Both the position numbers and the translations under genes were made by a program. Source: an uncultured Acidimicrobiia bacterium (lineage in GTDB: Bacteria; Acidobacteriota; Terriglobia; Versatilivoradales; Versatilivoraceae). From it: 64,000 nucleotides of DNA. Shown here in pieces: positions 9,960 through 19,950 of the stretch (position 1 is its first letter; every line of letters begins with the position of its first letter). Below the pieces are notes generated by a model. It saw nothing but the letters and a program-made list of their open reading frames with translations, did not search any database and was not told the DNA's origin. The stretch is taken from contig CAWBAT010000004.1 in assembly GCA_963786955.1 (NCBI GenBank), forward strand, positions 512,001 through 576,000, given 5' to 3'.

Positions 9960-12209
9960 TCATTTTACTTGGAGCAAGGCTTTTCCTATTCCTATGTTTC
10001 CCACAGAATCATACACGCGCAAAGCAATGAAATGCTCCCCAGGATCGAGTTTCTCGGTTTTGACCTCAAACTCTTCGATTCGTGAATCGACGATTCCATC
10101 CACCGAAAAGATGATCTCCCACTCTTTTCCGTCAACGGACACCTCTGCACGGCGCAGCGGGGAGTAGGGGTCAGTGCCTTTGAACCGAACAACAGCTGCC
10201 CCATTCTGGCTAGTTTGAGACAAGATTTCCACTTGGGGTGGGATGTTATCGATGTCGAAGAATTGACTGACCAGTGAACTGGAAAGGGCAAGACCTCGGG
10301 GGTTGGACGGGGAGTCATCTGCCGTTATCCGTAGTTGGTATTTCCCATCCGGCAGGCTATCCGCTTCGAGCGTGAAGTATTTCTCTTCCACATCCTCTTT
10401 CAGGGGTTTCCATTCGGATTCTTTTTCCCCTTTGAAATAGATGGAGAACACTAACTCATCCTGATTCGGGTCCTCGGCTTCCCAGCTAAATGACATCGCT
10501 CCTTTTTGATAAACCCGCCGCGGCGGAATCATACCGGGACCTGAAGATGAAATGGCTTCACTGGCCCCTGACGCTATGGCAGCGCCCTGATCGGTCTGCG
10601 AATTAGGATTTCTGGACATCGAGACCCCCGGCTGTTTTTGAAACGCCACACCCGGCGGCAACAGATTAATGGCTTTAACTTCAGGCGGCAGATTTTGCGG
10701 CAAGTAGGGTAGAGTAATTTCTTTGAATATCACCGCATTTGCCCCAGAACCTGTCAGAACGAGCTTGTATTGAATATAGCGTGCCTTGGGGCTCTGAATT
10801 AGTTCTCCTTCGGGATTCGTATAGGCCTTCGACCAGTCACTCCAGGATTTATCCGGTTTTTTGGTGTTGCCGGAACGGGTGTACACCTTCAGTGTGGCGC
10901 CGCTGGGAACCTCGGCTTTCCAGTGGATTTGCCCCCAGCTCGAAGTCGTTTGAGTATCTTTGACATCGGATTCGTAAGTACCATGGCTATTGAGCTCATT
11001 ACTGAGCCGATAAATCTTTGCCAGATTGCTGGTGCAGGCAAACACGTCGGAGCCCCCGGAAATGAGACGGGTAGTTTGCTCTTCGTTGGTCTCGATCAGG
11101 AGAGTAGGCTTTTTCAGATCGTCCAATAGATAAATTCTGCCTTTATTTCCCGTCGATAAAAGTACTTTGCCATTGGGTCTCAAGTTGAGTCCGAAAAGTG
11201 TTTCCGAATCGGAAATCCACAAGCTTTCGACGTGATTGTCCTTGGAAACGCGAAAAATGCCACTTCTCAGATTTCCGGATTCGCGGCGTCCCGGCCGAGC
11301 AACCGGGATTCGGTAATTCGGGATTGGTTCTTCCGCGAGTGTTCTTTCCGTTGGAGCGGCAACCGAGACACTCACCGATATCGATTCGGAAGGAGCCCCT
11401 TCAGGCAGATTCACCTTGGACTGGGGAATGGCCCCCGCGGGCGAAGCGTTGATTCCAATGAAGTAGATATTCCCTTGCGAGTCGATTTGCAATTCGTGAA
11501 TTTCACGCATTGAGGAATCATAGAGAACAAAAGGTTTCCCTTCCGGAGAAATCCGATACAGATAGCCATCCGGGTCACTGCCGGCGACGATATTCCCTTG
11601 CTCATCGATCGCCAAACAAAGGATATTGGCTTGACCACTGTCATAAAAAATCTCCCCCTTGCCCTCTTTGTTCACCTTGTAGATCCGGCCCTTATTCCCA
11701 GTAGCGACAAAGAGATTCCCCTTCTTGTCAAATTCCATGTCCCAGATGAATTTATCCTCTGGATCAAAAAAAACCGTCGCTTTCCCTTCTCCATTGACCC
11801 GGTAAATCTTCCCGTCTGGGGAAGTCGCCACAAACAGGGTTTGTTCTGAGTCCAATGCGAGGGCTAAAACGTCGAGTTCAGCCGCATCGAAAAAAACCGA
11901 TGAAGAGCCGTTGATGTCCACTTTAAAAACTTTTCCGTCATGCCCCGTTCCAACGTAAAGGTTCTTCTTCGAGTCAAAAGCAGCCGACCAGATGAGGGCC
12001 TGGTCGGTATCAAAGACAGAGTCGAATTTGGGTGAAAGAGAGATTTGCCCTTCAGAATTCAAGGTGAGTTCTTTCAGAGTTCCTTTGGAAAATTCATTAA
12101 AGGTAGCAGTTGTCCAAAATGAAGGGGTGACAGCCAGGAGAACACTCGGAGCAGACACAGCGAGGAGACCAATAATCAAGGGGATGGCTCTTAATCTTGT
12201 GTGGTACAT
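9960..12209 (-). CDS. Secreted beta-propeller repeat protein with C-terminal Ig/FN3-like domains
   Basis: Signal peptide, repeated D..GNL(Y/F)V(G/A)TG..G(K/R)(V/I)YKV blades, RSGNT..PD..WS.WS motif. Confidence 0.8.
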   Translation of the reverse strand: MYHTRLRAIPLIIGLLAVSAPSVLLAVTPSFWTTATFNEFSKGTLKELTLNSEGQISLSPKFDSVFDTDQALIWSAAFDSKKNLYVGTGHDGKVFKVDINGSSSVFFDAAELDVLALALDSEQTLFVATSPDGKIYRVNGEGKATVFFDPEDKFIWDMEFDKKGNLFVATGNKGRIYKVNKEGKGEIFYDSGQANILCLAIDEQGNIVAGSDPDGYLYRISPEGKPFVLYDSSMREIHELQIDSQGNIYFIGINASPAGAIPQSKVNLPEGAPSESISVSVSVAAPTERTLAEEPIPNYRIPVARPGRRESGNLRSGIFRVSKDNHVESLWISDSETLFGLNLRPNGKVLLSTGNKGRIYLLDDLKKPTLLIETNEEQTTRLISGGSDVFACTSNLAKIYRLSNELNSHGTYESDVKDTQTTSSWGQIHWKAEVPSGATLKVYTRSGNTKKPDKSWSDWSKAYTNPEGELIQSPKARYIQYKLVLTGSGANAVIFKEITLPYLPQNLPPEVKAINLLPPGVAFQKQPGVSMSRNPNSQTDQGAAIASGASEAISSSGPGMIPPRRVYQKGAMSFSWEAEDPNQDELVFSIYFKGEKESEWKPLKEDVEEKYFTLEADSLPDGKYQLRITADDSPSNPRGLALSSSLVSQFFDIDNIPPQVEILSQTSQNGAAVVRFKGTDPYSPLRRAEVSVDGKEWEIIFSVDGIVDSRIEEFEVKTEKLDPGEHFIALRVYDSVGNIGIGKALLQVK

Positions 12210-12344
12210 GATTTCTCCAATGCATGAATTGGGAGGTCCGGCTTTTATGGAAAGCAAGGTGCGGGCAAGTGGATCATGTCAATAGGAAGTATTTCTGGCA
12301 AATTCCATCGCTCTCAACTGCCCCGGGACTAATAAGAGTGCCAT

Positions 12345-14273
12345 TCAATCCAATATCTCCAGGCTGAGGGTACGTTGGCCGCTAATCATAAACGGCGTTG
12401 AAGGCAATTCGTATTCGTAGAGGTTCGAGGATCGCAGGGTCATCAGGCTGCTACTCGAACTTCGGTCCGAAGTGATCACATGACTGAAAGACGGCGGCAG
12501 GTTTGAGAACTCCTCGCCTCGAATCATTACGGAAGGTTCCGGCTTCTGCAATCTGACATAGACCCGGTCATTCTTGCGGATGTTATTGATCGCACGAATC
12601 AACTGATCCAGGTCGCGCGGCATGAAGGTTTGCCGCAACATGCGATTCTCCACATTCGTCAGAGTGAGGCCATCCGCTACGGTCAATAGCAATATCCCAC
12701 TGGGCATGTCAGCCGGAATGGTGATCGGGAAACGCTCCACTTTCTCTTCGCCATTCGCCGTCCGCAGGAAAGCGGAGAGAATGACTGTTTCCCCTGCTCT
12801 CAATTGTTCGCGATCCGCCCAGACCCGGTCGAGGATGGCCGTTCTTTTTTCGTCACTGGAAGTGATATCCACAGTGACATTCTCTACATTCACGTTGTCA
12901 AATCCGCTCGCGAAGATGAAGCTGAGAGGTTGAACCACGGCCAGGGATGCAAAGACATGGGAATTGGACTCGCCCGAAAAGGTATTCTCAAATTTCACCT
13001 CTGGCTGGCCCTTGATCGTGATCTTCCCATGAACTTGAAGCGTTGCTTCGCCCAGAGCCCGCTCATAAGAGGTCAGGGTGTTAAAGACGGCGAAATTGAC
13101 CAGAAATGGAGAGAGGAAGCGATCATTCACGACTTCGAAATGGAAGGTCTCCATCCGATTTCGACTCGACTTCAAATTGATGGTTAAAGGGATGAGTTTC
13201 GGCAACATGCCGACGGTTCCATACAGGCCTTGCGAACGATCCTGAGTGATGGTCCCAGCCAACTCTGTCGGGACTGCAATCTTGAAGGAGCTGTTCAGAT
13301 TAGGCAGGAGTGAGATCACATTGGCCTTGCAAAAAGGCAACTGCACCGGTCCCACAGAAAGCCAGGGGTGGCCAAAAGCATAAATCTTATCCCCTTCCCG
13401 GAATGTGACCGTCCCGGCCGCACTGGCGCCAACCCCTAGGTCGCCGCGAATCAATTGCACCGCCAATGCCGAGCCGGGCTGGATATCTGCCCCGTCCGCC
13501 ATAATGTTTGATCCCTGTCCAACCGTCATCCCGCCCATTGGAACAGGGGTCATCCCAAGAGATTGAAAGGTTGGCCAAAAATACTGAATGGCTTTAGCGG
13601 AGAAACCGGAAAGAGAAAGCGGGGTGTCGATATACTGCAAGGAATGACCTGCAAAAGGCGTCAATCCTGGAAAAGATCCAACCAAGGAATTCGACAAATG
13701 AATTGTTTTCGCGGAACCAAACGGTCCGAAATTATCAATATCCAGGGCTGGAGACAATTTCACAGTACGAAAGGGAGGCACTGTCGAAACTTCGATTTTG
13801 ATAGGATCGATCCGGACCGGCCCGTCAGGCTTTTCAAAGATATTTAACATCTGCTCGATCGGCGTAATTCCGGCTATGGCTTCTTTCGAAAAAGGAAACG
13901 AAAACGCAACCGCTCCTATAAGCTTTCCATCAATATAAACGGGGCTGCCGCTCATCCCCCCCATGACACCCGTAGTCTCCAGGGGACTGCCCGATAGTTT
14001 GGCAAGAATCGCGCTTTGTCGCGGAAGTATATTTTCAAGCACGCCGAGAATCTCGACTTGAAACTCTTCAATTCGGCTTCCAGAATAGACCGTTTTCCCA
14101 GTCCCTTTCATCCCCGGTTTGATTTCCGAAAGCGGCAGGATCAGTCGAGGCGATTCTGCCTGAAACACGGGTCCCTTTAGACAAAGGAGCAGTAGAACAA
14201 CTAATAGAACCAGATATTTAGGCAAGGTCGATAATGCGGGAACCCATCGAATCTTCATTTTCATTCTACTCAT
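12345..14273 (-). CDS. SpoIVB peptidase S55 domain protein
   Basis: IKPGMKGTGKTV, catalytic GMSGSPVY, IYAFGHP; N-terminal TM or signal segment. Confidence 0.9.
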   Translation of the reverse strand: MSRMKMKIRWVPALSTLPKYLVLLVVLLLLCLKGPVFQAESPRLILPLSEIKPGMKGTGKTVYSGSRIEEFQVEILGVLENILPRQSAILAKLSGSPLETTGVMGGMSGSPVYIDGKLIGAVAFSFPFSKEAIAGITPIEQMLNIFEKPDGPVRIDPIKIEVSTVPPFRTVKLSPALDIDNFGPFGSAKTIHLSNSLVGSFPGLTPFAGHSLQYIDTPLSLSGFSAKAIQYFWPTFQSLGMTPVPMGGMTVGQGSNIMADGADIQPGSALAVQLIRGDLGVGASAAGTVTFREGDKIYAFGHPWLSVGPVQLPFCKANVISLLPNLNSSFKIAVPTELAGTITQDRSQGLYGTVGMLPKLIPLTINLKSSRNRMETFHFEVVNDRFLSPFLVNFAVFNTLTSYERALGEATLQVHGKITIKGQPEVKFENTFSGESNSHVFASLAVVQPLSFIFASGFDNVNVENVTVDITSSDEKRTAILDRVWADREQLRAGETVILSAFLRTANGEEKVERFPITIPADMPSGILLLTVADGLTLTNVENRMLRQTFMPRDLDQLIRAINNIRKNDRVYVRLQKPEPSVMIRGEEFSNLPPSFSHVITSDRSSSSSLMTLRSSNLYEYELPSTPFMISGQRTLSLEILD

Positions 14274-14447
14274 CTCATCGGTAATCCGATCACTTCCTCT
14301 TAACCCTTGATTCCAAGTACTTCTAGATAAATTTCATTGTTCGGGTCGATCAAGTTATTTGATAGTATTGATCGGAGGACGCTCATTACACCTAAGAATC
14401 AGTATAGCAGAAGGTTCTCCATGCTCTCCAAAGAATCTGGAGGATTC

Positions 14448-15044
14448 ATGCCAAGCTCCATTGGGCCCTTCTCTGCTTTCGTTCTAGCTGGGGGGATGAG
14501 CAGCCGGATGCAGCAGGATAAGGCCCTGTTGCGCTTTCGGGGTCATTATCTGATTGAGTACGCAATTGATGTTCTTCAACAACTTACCCCCGACATCCGA
14601 ATTATTGGCGATCCTCTCAAATATGAATTCCTTAAAAGGCCCGTTATCCCAGATCGTGTAGCTTCTCATGGCCCACTATGCGGCATCTACACCGGACTGA
14701 GTAGCTCGACAAACAGGTATAATCTATTCCTGGCCTGCGACATGCCGCTTATGAAGCCTGAGTTTTTTAGGTTGTTACTCGAAAGGATCGGGGATGCCGA
14801 TGCTGCTGCCATGAGGCTCATAGACAGGAAGGTTGAGCCATTGGCGGCCGTCTATTCCAAGAGCGGACTTCCCAAAATCGCGGAGAATATGGCCTTGCAA
14901 TATTACAAAATTACCGATTTTCTCGATCGAGCTCGGGTAACTTATCTGGGAGAAGAAGAACTCTCCGAATTTGGTCTTTCAGCCCGGATTTTCACAAATG
15001 TCAACATGCCAGAAGACCTGTTGTCGCTGGAATCCAATTCTTAA
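14448..15044 (+). CDS. mobA: Molybdenum cofactor guanylyltransferase
   Basis: LAGGMSSRM..DKA, GPLCGI, ACDMP and NVN.PED motifs. RBS GGAGG precedes 14448. Confidence 0.9.
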   Translation: MPSSIGPFSAFVLAGGMSSRMQQDKALLRFRGHYLIEYAIDVLQQLTPDIRIIGDPLKYEFLKRPVIPDRVASHGPLCGIYTGLSSSTNRYNLFLACDMPLMKPEFFRLLLERIGDADAAAMRLIDRKVEPLAAVYSKSGLPKIAENMALQYYKITDFLDRARVTYLGEEELSEFGLSARIFTNVNMPEDLLSLESNS

Positions 15045-15182
15045 GACCAGGGCCCGACTAATCAACCAATCATCAACTAGGATGGTAACTGTTGGCTAAG
15101 TATTGCCGATATATGACTTAGACCGAGTGTGTTATATTGGCCACCCTGTGGTCCCTTGCAGTCGCTGGGCTGCCGACGAATC

Positions 15183-16136
15183 ATGAATTTCCTAACCCGT
15201 ATCATCGCCACAATCCGGTATCCAGAATCGACCTTTGGGAAGACTTTGATCAGGATTCTTCCTATTGTCCTTTTTGTACTGATCTTGGCAATCGGGTTTT
15301 CAGGATTTTCCGTCTACCGAGCTGTTGTTCCAAACCGCTTGGCAGAGACGATAGACCCCAGCAGTTTTCTGTTAAGGAACTTCCAAACTCTCTCGTTTAC
15401 AACCTTCGATAAAGTGTCAATGGAAGGCTGGTTTATCCCTTCGGTTCGTGGAGCTCCAGTTATTTTCCTGTGCCATGGCTATAAATCCAACCGGTCAGAA
15501 GTTCTGACTTTAGCTTCCACCTTCCAGGAAAATGGCTTCAATTTGTTTTTGTTCGACTTCCGAGCCCACGGTACAAGCCAGGTGGGGATGAGCACGCTCG
15601 GAATCAAAGAAACGCAAGACCTAGTTGCGGCCATCCAGATGGTTACGGAAAGAAAAGATGTAGATCAGAACAGCGTGGGAGTATGGGGTGTGACGTTGGG
15701 CGCATATGTAGCCCTGTCGGCGGCAATCCTCAACGAAAAAATCAAAGTGCTGGTAGTGGATTCTCCCTTCGAGAGCCCGGACGCATTTCTGGATCTCCAG
15801 ACTTCCTCGATTTTAGGGATCAATAACTCAGTTTTAGATACGATGACCCGCTGGTGTTTCTGGCTAATCTCTCTTCCTACAGGTCATCCGAAAGATAATT
15901 TGCTGAACAATTTAAACCATCTGCAAAATTGTGAAAAGCTATTCATCACCGCCGAAGAGACTCCGCGATTAGAGGCGCAGGCACTCAACCTCTTCAACCA
16001 TGCGCCTGACCCCAAAGAGCTTCTTCGCCTGAAGGGATCTAGGACCAGTATTTTATACGATGTCGAGAGGAAGAATTACGAATACAAGGTTGTCGACTTC
16101 TTTAAGAAAAGGCTGCCCATCCGGGGGCATCAGTGA
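15183..16136 (+). CDS. Membrane-anchored alpha/beta-hydrolase fold protein
   Basis: TM segment, GWF.P, LCHGY, FDFRAHG. Nucleophile elbow reads G-V-T-L-G. Confidence 0.85.
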   Translation: MNFLTRIIATIRYPESTFGKTLIRILPIVLFVLILAIGFSGFSVYRAVVPNRLAETIDPSSFLLRNFQTLSFTTFDKVSMEGWFIPSVRGAPVIFLCHGYKSNRSEVLTLASTFQENGFNLFLFDFRAHGTSQVGMSTLGIKETQDLVAAIQMVTERKDVDQNSVGVWGVTLGAYVALSAAILNEKIKVLVVDSPFESPDAFLDLQTSSILGINNSVLDTMTRWCFWLISLPTGHPKDNLLNNLNHLQNCEKLFITAEETPRLEAQALNLFNHAPDPKELLRLKGSRTSILYDVERKNYEYKVVDFFKKRLPIRGHQ

Positions 16137-16201
16137 TTTGTTCTCTCCCCTTAGAAAAAGCTACGCCGACCCGTCTAAACTTTCATCGGGGACTCCCTGC
16201 T

Positions 16202-17893
16202 TCATTTAGAGTGAAGCTTCCATAGCCGTTGCCTGTGGAATGGGATTTCTTTTTCAACTTCAAACCGATGATCAAACTCCGCAGCATTGGCCAATGACGC
16301 CGTCACTAGATAAAAGGACTTGGCGTCTCGCGCGTCAATCTGATCTAGCGAACTGATGATGTTAGTTTCACTATTCAAATAGAAACTCAATCCATAAGCG
16401 ATACGACGCGGCACACCGTATGCGAATACAGGCTCTCCCTGGTATTCCTCGCTTTCCAGTTTAGCAGCAAGCTGTCGAGAGGATTCAATGGCATCAATCT
16501 GCGGGAATATTTGATGTACGATCAGTAGAACACCCAAAGCGCAGCCGGCAAGATAGCACAAAAATAAGGCTCGGTAATTTTCAATAAAAATCAGGACTAA
16601 GCCGATACATCCCATACCTATCATGAGCCAAGACAATAGCGGGAGTGACGGCTCAGCAGCAAGATTAAGCCCGTGCCCCCAAATCAAAAGGCCTAGACCC
16701 GCTGTAATCATGAGAATGGATTGGAAGAGTTCCACCCACGGGCGCTTGTGTTGCGCAGACTGCGGAGAGGACTCCATCAAGCGATCCTCCCAGTAAGCCG
16801 CCGTTAAGAGCGCCATCGCCGGAAAGATCGGAAGGATATAACCGGGGAGCTTGGAGCGGGAAATAGAGAAAAAAGTAAGAGGGACAATTACCCACAACCA
16901 GAAGAAGAGAGTGTCCGAGTTGCAGGCACGCTTCTCCGAACGCCTCAACCTCTTTAGATCTTGAAGACATGCGGCTCCGAATTGCAGGGTCCACGGAAGA
17001 AACCCAATGATGATGACGAATAGAAAAAACCAGATCGGCTGAGAGTGTTGGAAACGATCCGTTGCAAAGCGCGCCAGATTGTGTTGGAAAAAGAATTCCC
17101 TGATAAAGTTCCACCCATTAGCTTGAAAACAAAGAACATACCAAGGTAGCGCGACAGCGAGTGAGAGAAATCCGCCTGGAATCAGCCACAACTTTCTCCG
17201 CGAATAGGTTTCTGGCCGGAGGGTGAAGAAAATGATCAGAATGAGACTCACCAAGACCAGGCTTACAGGACCCTTTGCCAGTACGGCTACCCCCAATGAG
17301 AAATAGCCGGCGCCAAGCCATATCCGGATCCGGGGAGACTCACTCTGTTGAAGACGTGTTACGCTGCTATTTCTCCTTGAGATGGATAATCCAAAATAGA
17401 ATCCGGCTAACGACAAAGTTAGAGCTGCGGTTAGCAGCATATCCATAGAGGCGGCTCGACCAAAAGAAATGCACATCGGCGAGGAAGCGAGCATTAGAGC
17501 CGCCACAACCCCGCATTGAGGAGACCGCCATTTCCAGCCAAGTGTGAACACGGTGAGAATTAGAAGGATTGCGCTCATCGCTGCCGGAACTCTCGCCGCG
17601 ATTTCCGAGATCCCCAACACTTGATAAGACTGTGCAGCGAGCCAGTAGTAAAGAATTGGTTTTTCAAACCAAGGCTTTCCATAGAGATGTGGAGTAATGA
17701 AGTCTCCCGAAACTATCATCTCTCTGGCTACCTGAGCGTAACGGGGTTCGTCTGGGCCCACCAGCCCAAGCTGGCCAAGCCCGTGGAAGAACTGAATGTA
17801 GAGGAAAGAACTGGTGAGGAGTACGAGTAGGATGAGTCTCGAGGATTTTCCAGCCATCTGATCGAGGTAGTGCTGGCGCCTCTTTGTCCTCAT
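16202..17893 (-). CDS. ArnT/PMT-like GT-C glycosyltransferase (family 39/83)
   Basis: DEPRYAQVAREM, FEKP.LYYW, LAKGP and SKLPGYILP motifs; multi-TM. Confidence 0.9.
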   Translation of the reverse strand: MRTKRRQHYLDQMAGKSSRLILLVLLTSSFLYIQFFHGLGQLGLVGPDEPRYAQVAREMIVSGDFITPHLYGKPWFEKPILYYWLAAQSYQVLGISEIAARVPAAMSAILLILTVFTLGWKWRSPQCGVVAALMLASSPMCISFGRAASMDMLLTAALTLSLAGFYFGLSISRRNSSVTRLQQSESPRIRIWLGAGYFSLGVAVLAKGPVSLVLVSLILIIFFTLRPETYSRRKLWLIPGGFLSLAVALPWYVLCFQANGWNFIREFFFQHNLARFATDRFQHSQPIWFFLFVIIIGFLPWTLQFGAACLQDLKRLRRSEKRACNSDTLFFWLWVIVPLTFFSISRSKLPGYILPIFPAMALLTAAYWEDRLMESSPQSAQHKRPWVELFQSILMITAGLGLLIWGHGLNLAAEPSLPLLSWLMIGMGCIGLVLIFIENYRALFLCYLAGCALGVLLIVHQIFPQIDAIESSRQLAAKLESEEYQGEPVFAYGVPRRIAYGLSFYLNSETNIISSLDQIDARDAKSFYLVTASLANAAEFDHRFEVEKEIPFHRQRLWKLHSK

Positions 17894-17939
17894 GTTCTGC
17901 GGGCTTTTGGGGAATTACTCATATTGGCCTGCACCGGGT

Positions 17940-18164
17940 TTAGTAGTAGTCGGAACAGGACATGAAATAATGACAACGAGGACAGATCAGTTTGCAGTGG
18001 TCGCCCGTCAATTCAATTCCACACTGGGGACAGTATTGACTCAGGTCCTTTGTTTTCCATCGTATTGACTGCTCGCTCGACTCGGGATGGGATTCAGGTC
18101 GAAACGGCTCAAGCTTCTTACCTGCCATAAGGTCTGATTTGACTGTTTCGACCCGAGTTCTCAC
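17940..18164 (-). CDS. Small zinc-ribbon protein
   Basis: CPQC..HCKLICPRC.YFMSCSDYY; directly downstream of trxA. Start may be 18128. Confidence 0.65.
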   Translation of the reverse strand: MRTRVETVKSDLMAGKKLEPFRPESHPESSEQSIRWKTKDLSQYCPQCGIELTGDHCKLICPRCHYFMSCSDYY

Positions 18165-18173
18165 AACTAACCT

Positions 18174-18500
18174 TTAGGCATGGGTAGCTAGCATGTTTTC
18201 GAATACTTTCCTAGGAACTGCGCCGGAAATTCGGTCAATAATTTGCCCATCTTTGAATAATAGAATGGTTGGAATGCTCATGATTCCATACCGGCTAGCA
18301 ATCCCCGGATTGTCATCTGTGTTTAACTTTCCGACCTTTATTTTCCCGGAGTAAGCGGTGGCCAATTCGTCAATAATTGGACCCACCATGCGGCACGGAG
18401 CACACCATGGAGCCCAAAAATCTACCATGACTGGCAAATCTGATTTTAATGCCTCCTGATCAAAATTGTTGTCTGTAAACTCCACCAAGTTGCCACTCAT
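18174..18500 (-). CDS. trxA: Thioredoxin
   Basis: DFWAPWCAPC and SIPT motifs; RBS AGGAG. Confidence 0.96.
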   Translation of the reverse strand: MSGNLVEFTDNNFDQEALKSDLPVMVDFWAPWCAPCRMVGPIIDELATAYSGKIKVGKLNTDDNPGIASRYGIMSIPTILLFKDGQIIDRISGAVPRKVFENMLATHA

Positions 18501-18606
18501 GACGACTCTCCTTATCTGGTTGAATCCCATCATGATCCCGCTATCTAATTAAGAAAGCCGGAAGATGACGGACTTAGGGGGCGCGGGAGCGCCCATTTGC
18601 CTCATC

Positions 18607-18634
18607 ATTTTGACTCCGTGAATGGATTTGTCAA
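18607..18634 (-). promoter_or_regulatory. Possible sigma70 promoter for trxA
   Basis: TTGACA-16 nt-CAAAAT on the minus strand. Confidence 0.4.
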
Positions 18635-18648
18635 GGGCTTATTGGACT

Positions 18649-19758
18649 TCATTTCAGACTCAGTTCCTCTAAAATTCGCATGGTGGCTGACGAGAAAGGG
18701 TAGTGCCTCAGTTCTGCCGGCCTAACCCAACGGGCATCTTTCTCCGGCTCGGGGAGTGAATAGCCCTCTCCGATCTGAGCTCGAAAGACGTCGACGGTTA
18801 TCCGTCGAGTCGTGATTGAATGACGTATCTGGGTTATGTGTCTTAGGCCTGAGAGTTGCAGGTTATATTCTTTTTCAAAGTGCTTCTTGATGGCGGCACT
18901 CTCAGCTTGAACACTTCTTAGATCAAGGCCAGGAAACTCCCAAAATCCCTCGAGCTGCCCTTTCCCTGAGCGGCGGACAAGAAGGTACTTTCCACGATGC
19001 TCAAGAACGACTGTGGCGTGAAAAGATCTTCTGAGAGATTGTCTTTTCCCTTTATCTGGTAATTGCTCATGAACGTCCGCTTTCTTAGCCAGGCATTTTT
19101 TTTCCCATGGGCACTCTGAACATTTTGGTTGTCTAGGGGTGCAAACCGTAGCCCCTAATTCCATCAGGGCCTGGTTGAAATCTCCCGGATTATCAGAGTC
19201 CAGGAGATCTTGGGCCAGCTGCCAGAGCTGCCGTCGAACATTGCCATCGTTGATATTGGCATGGATTTTGAAAGCTCTTGCCAGCACCCGCATCACATTC
19301 CCATCCAATACGGCGAGAGGTTCCCCAAAGCAAATACTCAATATAGCTGAAGCTGTGTATCTGCCAATTCCAGGTAGGGCATGAACTGCTTCCAATGTCT
19401 CAGGGAATTTACCTTCATGCTTCGTGAGGATGACCCTAGCAGCCTTTCTCAAGTTCCTGGCTCGAGAGTAATAACCCAATCCTGCCCAGCATTTCAGAAG
19501 CTTGTCGTCTTTTGTTTTTGCCAGTGCTGGAAAGCTTGGGAATACCTTAAGAAACTTCTCATAGTACGGGATAACTGACTTAACCTGGGTCTGCTGCAGC
19601 ATGACTTCTGAAATCCACACTTTATAAGGATCGCGAATTCCCCGCCAGGGCAACTGCCTTTGATTCGGGTAATACCAGGCAAGCAGCTGAGATTGAAGCC
19701 AGCGGCGCTTTGGATTGGAAACTTTGACGTACAGAAGAGATGACTTTCGAAGGCTCAT
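18649..19758 (-). CDS. mutY: A/G-specific adenine glycosylase
   Basis: SEVMLQQTQV, WAGLGYYSRARNL, HhH LPGIGRYTA, Fe-S motif C-x6-C-x2-C-x5-C, C-terminal NUDIX-like domain. Start uncertain. Confidence 0.95.
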   Translation of the reverse strand: MSLRKSSLLYVKVSNPKRRWLQSQLLAWYYPNQRQLPWRGIRDPYKVWISEVMLQQTQVKSVIPYYEKFLKVFPSFPALAKTKDDKLLKCWAGLGYYSRARNLRKAARVILTKHEGKFPETLEAVHALPGIGRYTASAILSICFGEPLAVLDGNVMRVLARAFKIHANINDGNVRRQLWQLAQDLLDSDNPGDFNQALMELGATVCTPRQPKCSECPWEKKCLAKKADVHEQLPDKGKRQSLRRSFHATVVLEHRGKYLLVRRSGKGQLEGFWEFPGLDLRSVQAESAAIKKHFEKEYNLQLSGLRHITQIRHSITTRRITVDVFRAQIGEGYSLPEPEKDARWVRPAELRHYPFSSATMRILEELSLK

Positions 19759-19950
19759 GACTTGCCGATTGACCAAGTATTTGATCGTGGCCCTCGCCAA
19801 ATAAAGCGAGATGGTCAAGAATCAAGAAGCATCATCGGAATTAGGGACCTCGGTTGTCAAATTCAATTCAAATTTAAATGACCGGGTCTGGAAGAGTTTT
19901 TGCTAGTATGGGGTTGAATAATTTCAAAGAAAGGCTTGTGAAAACGGACG

